Shown piece by piece: positions 61,324 to 64,000 of a stretch of DNA of 64,000 bases; position 1 is the stretch's first letter, and the number at the start of each line of letters is the position of its first letter. Made by a program: the position numbers and the translations under genes. This DNA is from Podarcis gaigeae (lineage: Eukaryota), in assembly GCA_964106915.2 (NCBI GenBank), contig OZ066920.1; one strand, written 5' to 3'. The notes beneath the pieces were generated by a model. That model saw only the letters and a list, made by a program, of their open reading frames with translations, ran no database searches and was not told the origin of the DNA.

Positions 61324-63894
61324 TATATTGTTTTACACCTGTGTGCATAATAATAGTTCATAATAAAAATGTTCATTTCCCTGGAACATTCACAAGTCAC
61401 TTGGGGAACCTAAGATCAAGAGTTGCCTTGCTGAATCAAAGCAAAATCCATCTAGATCAGCATTCTGCTGTTAATATCAGAAAGCAAAGACCTCTGCAAG
61501 CTGTCAAGCAAGGCATAGAAATGAAAGGCACCAGCTGTTCCTTTGAGGTATACTGCCTTCATCTATGTAGGTTCAACCATTTTTCATAAAGCAATCTCAT
61601 CACATCTTAGGATGCTGAGTTAATTATTAACTTTGTACAGAAGTATTTTCTTATGTCAGCCTTGAACTGTATGCAGACCACTTCTTTGAAGACCTTGAAT
61701 TATGAGATGAGAGGTAGGGGGGAATTCGCTCTCTGCCCATGCTTTGCATAGTGATAAGAACATAGCCTCAACTGAAGCAATAAAATACATAACCTGTATG
61801 CCACAATAATCCTTTAAGGTAGTCATTGTGGGTTTTGCTGCAACAAACAAAAAACTGCTGACATTCTGGAGTAAGCTAGAGAGCAGAACATTTTCTATGT
61901 GAATTCTCAGCTACATAGAAGAGATAATAACAAATATATCAGGAATCCACTAGTTTGCTTTTCATGCCTTTGGTATCATATTCCATTATTCTTTGCAGAG
62001 TGGTTTTAATTAAACCAACTTGTGATCTTTCAGATGAAGGGTGGTATACAAATTTTAACAACAACAGGCTATTCAGTAAATGCTAATTTACCATTGTAGA
62101 TATAACTTTAGAAACTGGTTGCCCGTAGTTCCTGCCAAAATCTGAGAAGCATTTTAAAACATGTTCAGTCAGAAAGCATCATCCTGTGTTAAGCTGCTAC
62201 CTCTATTTGTCCACTGTTGCAGCAACCGATGACTCACATTTATCTTAAGATCAACTGAGTAACACCCAAACTTGGCTGCCAAATGTCTCCTTTTGCCTGC
62301 CATTTTTAAGTGGCCCGCCTTTATATCAAAAAGTTGGTTCTGATACAAAATTACACATGTGATTTGATGATTCAAGAGAAGCCCATAAAAAGAACAAAAT
62401 GTCTTGTGGTACCTCAAAGACTGAAATTTGTTGCCTGAAAACAACTGAGTTTTTTTAAGCCTAGCAAATTTATTATGCCGAAAGTTTTTGTGGGCTAGAG
62501 TCCACAATGAAAGCTTATTCCACAATACATATGTTAGCTGCCAAAGAATTCTCTTGTTTTCGTACTATGAAGCAAATCAATTGATTCAGCTGAGCCAGAA
62601 CAGAACAGTATGAAACTTGCTGAGAAATTCTAGTACAGCAACTCTAGGCTGGAACTGCCTGTTTAAGTCTTTTTGCCAGAGTATTGTTAATTTTGGGTCA
62701 CCAGCAGGGGATCCTGCTCTTCCACTGAATGCTGCCATTTTTTATATCAGATTTGTGTTCTTTAGTACAAATGGCCTGTTTATGGGCCAGCCTAATACTT
62801 TTTGGCACCTGAGGCAAACCACAAAATGGCACCCCCTCCCTGGCAGGGAAGAAGGGGTGAGTGAATATCTACACCAGGAAAAAGGGAGGAATAAAGATCT
62901 ATTTTGGGATCTGCTGCCCCTGTAGATCCTGCCACCTGAGGCTGTTGCCTCTCCTTGTCTCATGGGTGATCCAGGCCTATTCAGACAAAGGCATTGTTGG
63001 TAATGGTGTTTTATGGGCAGGTGAATGAACTCTGATGGCCTGGCTGATGTTATTAGGTCCTGTCTCCTGCTTGAAACCTTATTTGATAATGATGATAATG
63101 ATAATGATAATTTATAATTTATACCCCGCCCATCTGGCTGGGCTTCCCTAGCCACTCTGGGCGGCTTCCAACAAAATATTAAAAATATTTTATCACTGCC
63201 TCTCCTTCTTTCTCAGTCTTACAGTTTTTCCCTAGCTTACAGATGACTTAGTCCTAACAGATGACAAATATTATCTTTAGCAGAGTCAATCCATTCAAAT
63301 GAGTCTTATGCCTCTTTACAATTCCTATAATCCAATTTTTAAAAAGGCAGAATCACATTTCAAGATTACTATTTTTAAACAGATGCAATGTGCAGAAGGG
63401 AGTAGTAGACATTGATAAGTCTGTAAGATCTTCTTGATCACAAGGTGATAGATGGATGCTGAATGCACACATACTAAAAAAAAATGGAGATAGGTGCTGC
63501 TTCTAAGTATTTGTCTCACCTTTGTGGAAGATAGAAACATGCAATATCATATCCCATTTATAGCATGCTTTGATCCAGCATCTTCCCTCCATCACCCTTG
63601 ATAGCCAGTATCCTTGCAAAACTCTATCACTGATCATAACACTTTAAATTCCGTGTTATACAGTTTCACCTGTGTCACAGAATGTAAGTACCCGGCGTGC
63701 CATATGCACCATGTTGGAAAAACGAGGGCAGACCTTTGTTACAATTTCAAAAAATCACAAATGAGTAGTCGCACACACACAAGCCTTGAAAAACCTGTTG
63801 CCACCTGCTTAAACGAGCACAACCTTTCAGATTTGGAAATATAGCCAAAAGGAAAACAAACAAAACTCATGTACTACTCATATTACATTTGAAG

Positions 63895-63968
63895 AACTGT
63901 GCCCAGTCCTGGACATCACATATTCAGAAGAATATAGATAAACTGGAACAGGTTCAGAGGAGGGCAGC
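63895..63968 (+). mobile_element. CR1 ORF2 internal fragment
   Basis: Encodes a decayed ...QKNIDKLEQVQRRA motif typical of CR1 ORF2. Confidence 0.55.
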
Positions 63969-64000
63969 GTAGATATGGTCCATAGTATAAAAGGCAAACC

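Noticed and set aside
1-64000. Prokaryotic-type systems (CRISPR arrays, operons, rRNA, defence islands)
   Set aside because: The sequence is vertebrate; no repeat-spacer array or rRNA seen, and tandem repeats are simple microsatellites.

Overview
Eukaryotic genomic DNA from a squamate reptile, probably a lacertid lizard (Sauria SINEs, CR1, L2, Penelope, hAT and Tigger-type MITEs). The window holds the 3' end of the clustered protocadherin-gamma locus on the minus strand. There are five large C-type variable exons of about 2.44 kb, each encoding a signal peptide, six cadherin repeats, a TM segment and a variable cytoplasmic domain, and each ending in a phase-0 GT donor. In transcription order they are gamma-C3, a divergent gamma-C4-like exon, gamma-C5, and two extra intact C-type exons with no counterpart in the human/mouse C3-C4-C5 set. 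All five can splice in frame to three shared constant exons (59 nt, 89 nt, and 260 nt of CDS plus a ~2.65 kb 3' UTR). Notable points: the two extra isoforms, an 11-aa Ala-rich insertion in the normally invariant constant domain, different promoter types per isoform, a spacer-less 160-bp palindrome just after the gamma-C3 donor, a reverse-oriented CTCF motif upstream of gamma-C3, and a possible terminal exon of an unidentified convergent neighbour gene. Orthology and repeat-family calls rest on remembered sequences; no database search was run.
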